A DNA stretch of 36,210 bases. It comes from Collodictyon triciliatum (Eukaryota). The notes beneath the pieces were generated by a model, which did not search any database, was not told where the DNA came from, and was given only the letters and a program-made list of their open reading frames with translations. The stretch covers positions 1 through 36,210 of the forward strand of contig JBHJMP010000879.1 in assembly GCA_043381765.1 (NCBI GenBank). Direction: 5' to 3'. The translations under genes and the position numbers were made by a program. Below, piece after piece: positions 1 through 17,365 of the stretch. How positions within the stretch are numbered: position 1 is the stretch's first letter; each line of letters starts with the position of its first letter.

Positions 1-108
1 AATAAAAAAGAAAATAAAAAAGAAAATAAAAAAGAAAATAAAAAAGAAAATAAAAAAGAAAATAAAAAAGAAAATAAAAAAGAAAATAAAAAAGAAAAGA
101 AAAAGAGA
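1..108. repeat. (AAAATAAAAAAG)n tandem repeat upstream of the first gene
   Basis: 12-nt unit repeated about 8 times. Confidence 0.9.
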
Positions 109-234
109 AGCACAGTATACTATCGTTTGCGGTATTCCCATAAAGTTGGACACATCGCCAGAAGGGGATAATCACCGAGATAGGATTTTTGAGATTCTAC
201 AAGGAGCTTCGTTGCCTAGGAGATATCGCAACAC

Positions 235-3200
235 ATGGATCCAGTAGAGTTCAAAACGATGTATCTTCTCCTGAGCACCTCGGTAAGAAAATTACCCACA
301 GCATCACCCACTTTCCTTGGCACCCTTTTCTTTTCAGAAGTATCATTCATTCTTTTTCATGCGCTGCATGCATGCGTTCATACAAGATATATCAATCGTT
401 TTTTCATTCATTCGTCTGCTAACACTTCTCACACCAGGCAGACTTTCGTCTCAAGATGAACATACCAGACCTTATTATCTTTGAGACAGATGGCTCGATA
501 AGCGCATGGATCTGCACCTCAAAGGTATTACTCAAGCAGTAACCATGGGCTCGCTGGTGCCTATATTCTTTAAATCCGAATCAGTATCATCATCATCACC
601 ATCACCATCACCATCACCATCATCACTATCATTATCACTATCATTATCACTATCATTATCACTATCATTAACACTATCATTATCACTATCACCATCACCA
701 TCATCACTATCACTATCATTATCACTATCATTATCACTATCATTATCACTATCATTATCACTATCATTATCACTATCATTATCACTATCATTATCACTAT
801 CATTATCACTATCACCATCACTATCACCATCACCATCACCATCACCATCACCATCGCCATCGTCATCGTCATCGTCATCGTCGTCACCATAGTCCGTTCC
901 TATTGTGTACCGATGATAATACCACTATCATGAAAGCACCGATATGTAGATTCATAAATCCACCGATAAATGGTTATATCTAAACAACCCCTATTATGAA
1001 TATATAGGAAGGCTATATTATCCAAAGATCACCAAGTGTGTGTTCTTTGTCGAATCTTCGAGATTATTTTGTCTCTCGACACGAAAAAAGAATCCGGTCG
1101 CCTGGAGCGCCATACTTGTGCCTTGAAAGGTCAACTTCTACAAGCCTCGGTCATTTCCCACGTTCATCGTCCGCCACTTCCAAAGGTTTCTTAGATCATA
1201 AGATATTTTAGCGCACCTTTGTCTTGCCTCGGGATAATTTCCTACAATATGTGTGGAATTGAACATTTTGTATAGATCCATAATTAAGCCATTAAGTCAC
1301 AACTTATGAATTGAAGAAGTGACATGCAATATTTATGGTTGTGTATTGATTTAATCGTAGAACTATTTGAGCCATCTTTGATCAAATTGGACCGATTTCT
1401 TTATGCGATTAAGCACCTCGAGTCAGGACAAAGAAAACCGAACGGAGAAGACACATCGGACGATGAAATTTATGCAGACAAAACCATATATTCCTTTCAA
1501 GGATACGTCGAACCAGCGAATGATCTAAGGTAGTGCATTTTTATCTGATTTTACAAAGGTTATTGTGGAGTAAAATACGATTTCTTCAGGGAGTAGCAAG
1601 ATTTTCTTTAATTCTTCCTTTCAATTTTAGTAGCAAGATATTTATAAACAATCATCTCTCATATGTACATGGTATCTATCAAGATATATAACAACATACA
1701 CTGATACGGGATCCGAAGTAACATGTGAAGGGTTTGCTGCAAGTTACTCTGGAAGGTGAATCGGGTTATGAATAATTATGTGATACCTATCAAAACATTA
1801 TTTCCTCTTCCTCAATCGAATAAAGGAAAAAAAAAGTATTTCCTCCCCCTCAATGATTAACCGATGAATATTTATTTCTCTTTTGTTAGATTTGCAACTG
1901 TTGAAAGGTCAAAGTATCTAGATAAGCAAGAGACTGTCCCTGGTTTATAATCAAAATCATTATATGCAACTAATAATTGGATGAGTCATAATATCTTGTT
2001 TTAAAATTTTCATATTTTCTAGTTCAATATAATTTTCTTAGCTATCCATATGCATACGTATGAAAATAGTACCGTTGATGAGACAGCTTCGACGGTGGAC
2101 GTTTACCATAATTGACTTTCTGTATAGAGTTCATGGATGTGTAAGATGATTCCGCTTTTATTCCGTATATATGCAGTAAAAAACAAAAAACAAAAACAAC
2201 TTCTCTTTCATTGCACCTTATGTAATTAAATCACACACAAATGAAAGGGAAATTATGTAATTAAGTAAAATCATAAGAAACTTCAAGGGCTTGTCTGCGA
2301 GTACATATTTGATACCAAAGGAAAGGTTTGTCATTTCATTAGCATATAATTGATAAAAATTGATTGATTGCCAGGAATTTTGAGGAAATATGTTGCAAAT
2401 AAAAAAAAAACACAGATAGTATTACATGGAATCCTCAGTGTTGTTGTATTACAACAGTTACCAAATATCCTGCCAAAGGTAATGCTATACAATTTTTTTA
2501 TGTGTTATTTGATTATATATTTGTATGGTACCACTTTCAGTCTCATCAAATTCTTCCTTCCCATCAATCGGACACACAATATTCTTTTTCCTTCTTACGT
2601 CTATCTCATTTCTGATGTTAATGTATAACGGTAGAGCGCCTATTACCAACAAGACGATATCTCGATGCCGTCCTTGGGTATTGAAAAAACACCCCAGAGG
2701 ACGGCTCCTGAAAACTCGAACTCACAAAGAAAGGTCAGCAGTGTTCGTCCTATCGAAAAACCTCATGAACGCCGACGAGGCTCTATTGCGAATGTCATAA
2801 TGACAGGAAATCTGATTCCTTCTCGACGAGTCAGTATGGCCCCCAGTGTTCATAGCCCCAAAGAAATGGACCAACGTGGAGCGAGTAGTGGCGCTCAGAG
2901 CCCATTTCGTGGCCGAGTCGGTTCTGTTTCATTACCAGACAGGAGGCAACGTAACAGCTTTATGATATTCTAGTCTTATTCATAGTTTTTATTGCGCAAA
3001 AGTATATTCATAAACATGATGAACATTTTGTTGCTTTTAGCATGCTCTTTTTTTTTTAATCCTGGCGCTTCACTCTTTTTTATGACTCTATTAAATCTAT
3101 CACGATTTTCAGTTGTTCGAAGGGATTCTGTCATTGGGAAGCCAACACCCAAACAGCAAAAAAAGACCGGTGTTCGTTCTCCAAAAACACTGAAATTGGG

Positions 3201-3652
3201 AATCCAACAGAAGAAACTCACTAACCCAAACTATGATATTGGTGACTCCACCGATGACGAGCTGGATGAGACCGAAGGTGAGGCCGAAGTACCTAAGGAG
3301 CCACAGGATGAAATTATCTCTGTGTTGAAATCAGATGGATTCATTTTTACAAAGGACATGAAGTCATATATGCTACAAACACTGAAAAAATGTCGACAAG
3401 AGGACCCAGAGGAGGCTATGGTGAATGCAGGTCTAGAGTCGAAGGATGATAGAGACAAATTAGAGGTTGCTCTATCTGACTTAGAAGGAGCTACAGAATC
3501 TGTTCGTTTAATCATTTCTGATATTCTGCTCAAGCGGTTTGGCACCAGGGAAAGCGTCCTGAATATCAAAAAACAAGACATTCTCATTCACATGGAAGAG
3601 TGCGTGAGAGCGCTAACTGACGTCGTTGTGCGGTGAACATTATCAATCACTC

Positions 3653-3737
<85 letters not shown>

Positions 3738-3738
3738 N

Positions 3739-3773
<35 letters not shown>

Positions 3774-6633
3774 AAGGAAAAAAAAGAAAGGAAAAAAAAG
3801 AAAGGAAAAAAAAGAAAGGAAAAAAAAAGAAAGGAAAAAAAAGAAATGTATTTCCCTATTGTCAGTTTATCCTTTAAAACAATATATATATTAAACTAAT
3901 TTTTAATGTATTTTGTGAAATGTAATTTGATTATGTATACGTTTTTTTTTTCACATAGAATGAAAACAGAAATGACAGTGTTAAAGGATAGAAATGAGGA
4001 TGTTGCTTTTCAGTTGCAAACAGCAAAATCATCCCACATGGAACTGAATAAGCAGTTGGCTGACTCAAAGAAGTATATTTATATTGAAAAAAACATATAC
4101 TTAGCTGAAATGAACACATAGATATATATATATGTCCGCACATCTAAGGTATACTAAATGCTATTTAATTGTGCTCATAAAGCGAGCTTGAAGAGCTCAA
4201 CGAATCAATTGGAAATTCAGTACAGATGCTTACCAATGAGAGGGATGACTTGAAGCAAGAGCTATTGCGAAAGGATGCTGTAATTTCTATATGCAACGGA
4301 AAATCGATTAAATAATTTATAAACGTGATATTCTTTTAGAGCTCCTAATATTTTATCACACCAACTTTGGTTAAACATATCGAGGTATTTGTGAAAATAT
4401 TACAATTTAATATGATATTAGACCATATCGGAGATGATGAAGAAAATCGAGGCACGCGATGAAATGTCAAAGTTCCAATATGAAGAGGTCATGCGCGAGG
4501 AAAAAAGATTGATGATGTTTTCAGAAAGTATTTTATTTTAATATCACTTTATTTCCTTTTTTTCATGACCGATACAGTCATATGCATTTTTTTTGGTTTG
4601 AATATATTCATTCATATTATTTACAAATGACATCATATACAGAACGATATCTTCCAATAAATATTCAAGATTTGCTTCGTGAGGAGCGAGACAAAGATGG
4701 AGAGGTCTACTTTGCAATTCAAAAGTTTCTGTACTCCCACGAACGTATGGGATGATTACTCTATCCTGAATTAGATTTGCGTGTATCATTCGCCAATTTC
4801 ATCATTTTTTTCCATGAAACATAACCAGCCACGTTTCGAAGAATATTCCAACACTACGCTGCAGAAGGAAGTGATGCTCATAACGCTTTCACTATGTCAC
4901 TCCTTCAGTTTTGGAGATTTGTAAAGGACTGTCACATTCAAAACAGGGATCTATCATTGGGTTTTATTTTATTTTATTTCAAAAGATCAAAGTAAAAAAA
5001 AAAATACATATTTTAGAAAATGTCTCTAGATGTGACGGGTATAGTTTTCTAACTTTTTAAAACTTAATATTTTTCTTCCCATCGTAAAGCCCGGATAGAT
5101 TTGATTTTTGTGAGGTCAAACGTCGAACCATTCACTAAAGGAGAAGAAAAAAAAGCATGATTTTTTTTTTTTTTGCTAAATCTCTCTTTTTCTATTTTCT
5201 CTAGATTGATTTTCTATTCATTTGGATATAAATTATTTTTTTTTACATACCTTCTGTCATCGACTGCAGCTGATGATTATCTTCAACTCTGTTTGGAAGG
5301 CTGTACAGCCTGGTTTGGTTCTATCTAATGCATTCTCTGTAGGAAGACCATAATCCGGAGCGGCATTTGGTCTACCACGAATTCATCGAATGTATTATAA
5401 GAATGGCCTGCGTTCGTTTCCCGCATGTCGTTGGATTATATAACCGTATAGTCACTTTGTCATCCACCAAGATATTTCCAAATGCCCAATATAAACGGGT
5501 TGAACATGTCCGTAAGATTCTCTCTGAAAAGAAAGTCAAGGTTTGTTGAAAACATAGATTGTTGCAGCACATCCTTATATAGTCAACAATTCAAGCCTAA
5601 ATGAATTCAATGTTGGATTAATAATATCATATTCTAATGTCACAGTTTGTATTGATATCTCAACGACCTTTTAATCAATGCAATCGATTTGCTCTCATAA
5701 CAGGATATATTGAACAGTCGGGACAAGATACTTTATCGGATTTTCAAAACATATTGTAAGGAAATGCCTGAAGATGGACCTCAGGGAAAACCTGTGATGC
5801 GCCTTGAGGAATTTTTGGACCTGATTCGTGCCTGCAGCTTGATGGAGGATGATTTACCGCACAACGCTGTAATAAATGCATTTGTAAATAGCGTGCTTGA
5901 AGACCCAACTATGCACCCGGCAGTCTCAGACGAACCTCCCAATGTAATGTTGCATAATTTAATTCATCGAACCTTCCTTTCTCTTGAAAAAAAAAACTTT
6001 TCTATATTCTCAATTTTTCTCTCTCTCGATTGCCTACTCCTTTTTGTGTGTGTTGCATTGCAATGCATTTGAAAGCACTTGTTATCATAGAAAAGTTTGC
6101 CAAGATTGAATATTTTCTGTAAACTAGTATAAAAAAAATTATAATTGTTGGTGCAATATTGTTCGTCATTTTAATTATATGAGCACTATTCGAGCGGAAG
6201 GCTGATTACCTTTTTCTTTTTCTACTGTAGATGACCTTTACCGAATTCAAAGAGGTATTGAGACAAGATGGAATATCAAATATCCTTTTAGGATTGAAAA
6301 TATATCTACAATATGATTTTTACAAATGAATGCAATCATCGGTCTCAAATATTCCCTCCTCTTTTCTTGGTGTTTCTCATTTTATCTTTTTTATTTTTCT
6401 AGTGTCTTGGGCGCTGTGGGTTGATAAAGTTTTCTGATTGTGATGTCCCCAATGCTATGAAGATTAAAACTGTTATCGAATACGTCACAACCGGAAAAAG
6501 AGAGTTCCCAAATAGAGGAACAAAGTTGCCTGTGGGTCGCCAACGTCGGCGATATCAAGAGGTCACAACACCGCAGTCGAATGCTGAAGAGGGCGACAGT
6601 GATGCAGATGAAGACGATGGCGAGAAGAATTAA
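235..6633 (+). CDS. Large multi-exon (~20 exons) protein: unknown N-terminal domain, low-complexity linker, coiled coil, and a C-terminal EF-hand-like domain resembling the RSPH10B C-terminus
   Basis: Mostly phase-consistent GT-AG exon chain from ATG 235 (MDPVEFKTMYLLLSTS|ADFRLKMNIPDLIIF...) to TAA 6633. C-terminal exons read FRRIFQHYAAEGSDAHNAFTMSLLQFWRFVKDCHI, ARIDLIFVRSN, HNPERHLVYHEFIECIIRMACVRF, MRLEEFLDLIRACSL, MTFTEFKECLGRCGLIKF. Junctions at ~1935-2290 and 5110-5342 are ambiguous. Confidence 0.7.
586..890. repeat. Compound intronic microsatellite (TCA/CCA/CTA/TTA; 12-mer TCACTATCATTA)
   Basis: Directly visible; lies in intron 2 of the 235-6633 gene. Confidence 0.9.
3654..3847. repeat. 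Intronic poly(A) tract grading into GAAAGGAAAA repeats
   Basis: More than 110 A with one N, then purine-only repeats. Confidence 0.9.
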
Positions 6634-6905
6634 TGATACAGATGTATAGTCATAGTCTTTTCGAAACATAAACTATATGTGACCCAACCAAGAGAAAAAT
6701 TAACGAAGAAAAGGAGAAAATAAGAGAAAATCAAAGAAGGATAATTATTTATGTTTCGGTCGTCCCTGATCATTTCGAATTTTTAAAAGTGAGGTAATCC
6801 AACATTAGATGCGTTTTCTTTTTATATAGTTTTTTTATTTTTATTCTTATTATTATTGGCAAACTACATGGAAAGAACTACAAGGACAGAAAAGTAGGGC
6901 ATGAC

Positions 6906-10565
<3,660 letters not shown>

Positions 10566-10587
10566 GCCGCGTGTGTTTGTGCCTTGG

Positions 10588-11278
10588 NNNNNNNNNNNNN
10601 NNNNNNNNNNNNNNNNNNNNNNNNNNNNNNNNNNNNNNNNNNNNNNNNNNNNNNNNNNNNNNNNNNNNNNNNNNNNNNNNNNNNNNNNNNNNNNNNNNNN
10701 NNNNNNNNNNNNNNNNNNNNNNNNNNNNNNNNNNNNNNNNNNNNNNNNNNNNNNNNNNNNNNNNNNNNNNNNNNNNNNNNNNNNNNNNNNNNNNNNNNNN
10801 NNNNNNNNNNNNNNNNNNNNNNNNNNNNNNNNNNNNNNNNNNNNNNNNNNNNNNNNNNNNNNNNNNNNNNNNNNNNNNNNNNNNNNNNNNNNNNNNNNNN
10901 NNNNNNNNNNNNNNNNNNNNNNNNNNNNNNNNNNNNNNNNNNNNNNNNNNNNNNNNNNNNNNNNNNNNNNNNNNNNNNNNNNNNNNNNNNNNNNNNNNNN
11001 NNNNNNNNNNNNNNNNNNNNNNNNNNNNNNNNNNNNNNNNNNNNNNNNNNNNNNNNNNNNNNNNNNNNNNNNNNNNNNNNNNNNNNNNNNNNNNNNNNNN
11101 NNNNNNNNNNNNNNNNNNNNNNNNNNNNNNNNNNNNNNNNNNNNNNNNNNNNNNNNNNNNNNNNNNNNNNNNNNNNNNNNNNNNNNNNNNNNNNNNNNNN
11201 NNNNNNNNNNNNNNNNNNNNNNNNNNNNNNNNNNNNNNNNNNNNNNNNNNNNNNNNNNNNNNNNNNNNNNNNNNNNNN
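10588..11278. other. Assembly gap
   Basis: Run of N. Confidence 1.
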
Positions 11279-11298
11279 CCCCATAGAAAACATACCCA

Positions 11299-13208
11299 TT
11301 CATGGATTCTTCGAAATAATCATTTTCTTCTTTCAATTGTAGTCTCTGTAAACGAAGTATGATTTGAGCTGTGCATGACCCACGCAGTATACGCTCATCA
11401 CAATAAGAAGGCAAAAATAAATTGAATAAATTGAATGTCTATATAGGGAGTAAGAATGGAAAGGCTCATGCGTTTGTCAGGCAACCAAACCTGTAAGTGC
11501 AAAACGCGACCACTGAATATTGTTCTTGGGATATGGCTGGAAGAAATCACATTTATAGGGATGTATTCACAATCGAGGCTACAGGTATACATGTATATCA
11601 GAAAGAAATCAAGGCATATATTAAAAATTCTGGATAGACTCTTTTATTTAAGATGAAAATTACGTGCAACCAGGAGAATAAACCTATTGCATTATTTATT
11701 ACCAAATTATTGATGGATTGGGTGGTGAATTCATTACATTATGGTAGATTGACACACATACATGAAAAAATTACAAGAATTACCTCCGGGTCACTTGGTC
11801 CCTATGTTTGATATTTATAATAAAACATGTTAGATTTTATTTTTTTTTAAAAAAAAAAGGGAAAAAGGACAACTTATATATTTGTGCTATTTGGAAGTAG
11901 GATAAATTAAACAGCATATTTACGTACAGGTTTATATACAGATCGGAAACCTATTACATCGATTCGGCCAGTCTAAATAGTAAGGAAACATTCGGTATTA
12001 ATGATTTATCAAATTTTCAAATAACAGAGCTAGTCCAATTTGAGTACTTTTTTTTACTATAATTACTTCATTTCCTCCTAATATACAATCAATAGCATCC
12101 TTTTGTAATAGTAAATATTGTCTTACGCAATCGCTCGCATTATGATTAAAGCACGACACAATCAAACCGAAAAAATTTTCGTCCATCATTTGGTATGAAT
12201 ATTGCGTACGAAGATCTAAAAAATGATAATGATAATGATGATTATAGTAAATTACGTAAAAATCGTGGCAAAGTATTATTTTTTTTAATAAAAACACATA
12301 AATATTTCCAAAAAGAAATAAAATTAGTTTATTCTGAGGTACATGTGAAATCAATCTGCCATATCTCACCAATATGCGATGGAGGTGCAGTGATTCTTGG
12401 ATGCGAATGATACCAACCGATTACGCGCGTGGGGATATTTAAATGAGATGAACATGCCTACATCACACCACATCATATCACATTATTATTACAGTAATCA
12501 ACAGAAAAGGCAAAGTGATGGCTCAACTTAAAAAATAATCAAATCTATGAGAAAATAAATGTGACATAAGTAAAAATAATTGACAAAGAGAAGCAGTATT
12601 TGAAAAAAAAACCATTTAAAGTAGAAAATAAATAAGGGAGTTCTCTTATCAGAGTGGATGAGCAATACTGCACATATTCAAATACATGCTTGGCGGAATG
12701 AGATGTTCTTATTCAATTGCCACATACATCAGCCTCTTCATGCGCCTTGGAAAGTTGCTCAGGGGATATCTCAACCCGATCCGGCTGCTTATCTGAGCGC
12801 GTCAACACTGAAGCTGACCATATACACGCGCTGGTGACTTTTGTTACCTTGATAAACTCGGGGATTAGCTCGCTAGGAAGACAGACTAAGCAGTTAAAAA
12901 AAATTATGAAGGGTAACAAAAAGACAAGAGACTTCATAAGATAAGATAAAATAAAATAAAATAAAATAAAATAAAATAAAATAAAATAAAATAAAATAAA
13001 ATAAAATAAAATAAAATAAAATAAAATAAAATAAAATAAAATAAAATAAGATAAAATAATGTAATATAAAATAAAATAAAAAGCATCGCTTTATTATTCA
13101 TACATCACCGAGAAGAAGCCCCATGATCTCCTCTCGATCAGTCTGAAGGGCATGATACACACAGAACTGCATCACGTCCGGAGTGATCAAGATGCGCTTG
13201 ACACTCAT
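11299..13208 (-). CDS. BRCC3: Lys63-specific deubiquitinase BRCC36 (MPN+/JAMM); 3' end lost in the assembly gap
   Basis: Spliced product MSVKRILITPDVMQFCVYHALQTDREEIMGLLLGD|...RSDKQPDRVEISPEQLSKAHEEAD|...RVIGWYHSHPRITAPPSHI|DLRTQYSYQMMDENFFGLIVSCFN. It has the JAMM E...HSH-x7-S-x2-D motif and the BRCC36-typical DRVEISPEQLS. Confidence 0.93.
12937..13082. repeat. (ATAAA)n microsatellite in BRCC36 intron 1
   Basis: Directly visible. Confidence 0.95.
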
Positions 13209-13572
13209 GGCAGCGAATCCAGAGCGGGTTGTGTCGTCTCTGAGAGTAAGGAATCTACAAACAGGCGGCGCTTTGTTTTCTTTTCTTTGTCGTTGACGTT
13301 TTCTGTCATCTCCTTTTGCTTTGTCTTTGGTCGCCCTTATATCTTTTGTTTTCTTTGAATCGGATAAAGGAAAAAAAAATCTTTCATTCTGTTTTGTTTT
13401 GTTTTGTTTTGTTTTGTTTTGTTTTATCGACAAGGAGGGGCGGACTCTGCACCCGGGTCACTGACCGAACTGGGGGGTGACTATGGGCGGCATCATCGGC
13501 CTGCAATCCGCAGAGACGCGGCAGAATATCAAACTTCATCAGTATCTGCACTCGCGTGGACCCACCCCACTT

Positions 13573-16500
13573 TCATGGGAGGGTATGCAAAAGAGTCTGC
13601 GAGCAGAGTTTGCAAAATAATGGCCTATACCTCAACTTCATAGGATATATATAAGATATAAAATATACAAGATACGCACTTTAGTTTCAGCCGGTTGATT
13701 GCGGCGATGTTTGCGGGGTCTGGGGACAGGGTCTGAGACCTTGGCGATATCTGACCGCCGGATGTGACTGCGGAGCTTCCTCCGCTTTGGATATTGGAAC
13801 GGTCGCCTTGGCGTTCGGGCAGAGCGGTTGGACCTGCCTGTCCGGTTGGTGTTGGGACGAGGTTTGGCAGCGGAAGGCTGGAGGAGGATGGCTTCTTGGG
13901 CTGTCCGGTGACTCGGTTTAGATTTGGATTCTTTTTGCCGCCTCCTGCGCCTTGGTTATTGGACGCTGCGTTTGACCCACTCTTGTTTTTGTTCTTTTTC
14001 TGTATGGAGATATTTTGTAAGCTTTTTCGTTTTGTGTCTTGTAGCGTAATTTAGGTGATTTTGTGCTTTGAATCATATGTGACGAAGAAATATAATACTA
14101 TTGCTGGGTTTGTGCGTTGCTATGTTTGTGCGAAAAAAAAAAAAAAAAAAGAGAAGGATTTTTTCGGAACCTTTTTGGACTTTTTGTTCAGCAGTGCCGT
14201 TTGTTTGCGATGAAGTTGATATCTCCACCACCGCTGAATGAGAACGACCTTTCTTAGTCCCTAAATAAATATAGACAAACCGTTAACAGAGCCCAGCATG
14301 TATATATTTCCCCCTAAAGGATAATTGAACAACGAATAGAACAAGTGTATATTTGTAGTAACTGGTGCTGTATTTGTGCAATATAGGTATTATTTCATTA
14401 AAGCATATTCCATGCGATTTCACTCTTGACTCACGGCTTCATCCTTCGATAAATTGATAAGCCATTCTTCTCTTTCGAGCGATTTACATATGTCGTGGAG
14501 TTCTTCCAAATCTATTTCAAGCGTGTCAAGGTCTTTTTGCTGCTCGGAGACTTCAGCCTTTTAAGATACAATCAGCATGAGTATATCTACGTTCCATTTG
14601 CAAACGAAAAGGCGAGTAGCCAAACATACACTGAGCTGGTCAATCACGGTCTGTTTTTCAATCATGTCTTTATCATATTTCTGTATGATGGCCTGTAAAT
14701 CTCTCTTTGAAGCTTCAACAGCCCGACTAAAGTATAAAGAAAAAATATATTTTTTTAAAAACTAAAGTGTGTAAGTATTGAAGAAAAATACTGGAGATTA
14801 GAAGAGTAAATGCAGCCAACCGATAATGTGATATGTGCTGCTGAGCCTGACTTTCTGCAGCAGCCAATTCAATGTTAAGGGATTGTATCTCGGTTTGTAC
14901 ACCCTTTGCGCCAAGTCCATTTGTAGATTAGCAGATATTCGAGTTCATATGTATTACAATATGCTTTTTTCTACTTTAGTTATTGAAGGTTTAAAATTAT
15001 AGAAAGAGGAGAATTATTGACAGATAAAGCTTGCATATCTATTCTGGAAAAAAACCTTAATTGCGAGTGTATCATGAGTTGAAGTCACCGTTCGGTCCTG
15101 ATTAGCTTTGTTGATTTGAACCCTGGTTTCTATCTGAGCAAGCTCATCTATCGGCAACAACACATGATAACATCAAGAGGAAAATAGCAATTTCAATATG
15201 AATAGAATTTCGTCAAAAAGCAGATAAGGATAGCTTCATACCTCTCATGGATGCAACTGTTCGAAGTCGCTGGTCAAGCTTTTCCTGTCTCTCTTCTTTG
15301 CGCTTGTTGAATTCTTGTTGTAGTATGGCAATTTCTGTTCTTAACTGCAAATGAAGAGCATATGAATTCATCGCATTTTTTTTTTTAGGAAAAAAGCATA
15401 ATTTCTTTTTATTAAAAAAAAGCGGATTGAATGGTTATTTCAGATTTATTTATTAGGAAAGAAAACGAACTCGGTCTAGCCTGCTATTTGCATCCTGTAT
15501 TTTGAGATATTGCATTTCATCCTCTTCATAAGTGGTTGTTAATCGCTGATAGCATACGCTACGAAGGTCCATGATTTGCTATAACCCGAATAGTGTTATG
15601 TATATGGCTTGTTTATCTATACCTAATTACTCAAAAAAAATTCGGTAACCCTATATTTTGAAGTGGATGAAAATCTACCTCAGATAAGTGGACTAAAGAC
15701 TCCCCTGGTTGTGCTGAGGATGACCTCATCGTCTGTAATTGCCTGATAAAATAATTTTTCTCTTTTTTTTTAGTCCCCTTTTTTTAAAAAAAAGTGGAAT
15801 TAGACCAGATAGTTATAAAAAAAATCAAGATATTATATGACAATTACTAAACCTAAGTGTGTCTATGGTTGACTGAGCTTCTTCGGGCTGGTGTTACAAA
15901 ACGTGTTGTAGTTAAATATGGTATATTTACTCACGTAAAACATATACCAGTAAATGATTATAATTTTTTAACGAAAGCAGCCTACATGATTTATGAATGC
16001 TCTGCATAAATCTCGGGTTGTGTGCCGAAAGCGGCGGAAAATCTTTTTATCTGATTCGTCCAAAGTCTATGCAGGGGAGTATTTTGGGCGATGCGATTTA
16101 GTTATCGTGGAATGTGTGTTCCCCTCTCAAAATTAAATTGTGATACCGATAGTTACTGTTTTGTACTTTATTCCTATCAACTCTCATTGATTTGTCTGAT
16201 GCTCCACGAGGATGAAGAGTCTTTGAAGCAACCGTTATTCTTTGCATCTAATGATAGTGTGGAATTTTTTCTTTTTAGAAAATAGACATAATAACGCTTT
16301 CACCCATTTACATCAAATAAAGTACTAACTGGCTTAAAGCTATATTGAACGTTAGTCAACCTCTTTACACGCATAGATATGGTCATTCCATTCATCTGCA
16401 CAAAAGTCTGGAGCCTGAGTCATTATTTGTGATGAAGAGAGAAGCAGGTCTGGCATGATAAGAGGACATATCTTGAGAGCCAGTGTGAGCTCTTCCAACA

Positions 16501-17231
16501 CCACTAAACCATGCGACACATTCGAAAGAATTCATGCATATCATACAATTAAAAAATCAATATAGAAAGAAAAGAACATAAAAGAACACAAAAGAACATA
16601 AAAGAACATAAAAGAACACAAAAGAACATAAAAGAACATAAAAGAACATAAAAGAACATAAAAGAACATAAAAGAACATAAAAGAACATAAAAGAACATA
16701 AAAGAGCATAAAAGAACAGAAAATAATAGAAAAGAACGTAAAAGAACATAAAAGAGCATAAAAGAACAGAAAATAATAGAAAAGAGGTGAGTAAATGCCA
16801 TTGAGAGCGTCTCAACAACAATACAAACTGACATAAACAATATATTCGGAAAGAAGTGCAATCAATGTTGGAGCATTTGAAGACCTACAAAATAGACGCT
16901 GTGCTTCGCTGTTCCCCGTCAGCGCGTGGCTCTCATCCACGGGTTTCCTCTGCATAAGATGCATCGATGACGTGGACTTTGGAATCGGAGAGACAAACGG
17001 ACGCGACGACGACGTCAACGACTGATTCAGTTGCAGCTGCGACTGACTCTGGAAGCTTTGACTTGGGGAGAACGACATATACTGCCCCGTCAGCTCCGGA
17101 GAGGCCCGGGCAGACATTGTGCGGAAACTGTGCGGCATGCTTTGGCCTCCAAACTCGGATGGCGTGCGGTGGCTGCCGAAGCCTTGTGCAGGGGTCGGGC
17201 CGGTTCGGTCGCTTCTGCGCACGGAGTTCAT
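13573..17231 (-). CDS. IQ-motif coiled-coil protein, DRC10/IQCD or DRC9/IQCG family-like, with long disordered termini
   Basis: ATG 17231 first exon. Later exons LRTEIAILQQEFNKRKEERQEKL, LQRDLQAIIQKYDKDMIEKQTVIDQL, and KVVLIQRWWRYQLHRK (IQ motif), followed by a K/G-rich tail. Exons 2-5 and the last exon are uncertain. Confidence 0.6.
16570..16785. repeat. (AAAAGAACAT)n 10-mer array, intron 1 of the IQ gene
   Basis: Directly visible. Confidence 0.95.
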
Positions 17232-17365
17232 TTCTGCTTCTGCGTGGGTGCGGCTTTGAGGACGGATATTTTTTGATGGTTTTTTTTTTAATTTTGTTCT
17301 ATTTGAGTTATCGAGTTTTTGCTGTCGTTTTCTGTGCCTTCATTTTGTTGTCAGCGTGTTTTCTA

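Noticed and set aside
506-892. Low-complexity ORFs (poly-SL here; also poly-K, poly-N/Y/I, VCLF, HKT, SVM and YLSI elsewhere)
   Set aside because: They are translations of intronic or intergenic microsatellites.
5110-5342. Possible GC (5155) or GA donor in the first gene
   Set aside because: In-phase GT donors exist at 5110 and 5122, so a non-canonical site is not required. Unresolved without RNA data.
6280-6289. Perfect U12-like ATATCCTTT
   Set aside because: It lies inside a GT-AG intron whose splicing gives the expected MTFTEFKE|CLGRC; no matching branch site or AC was found.
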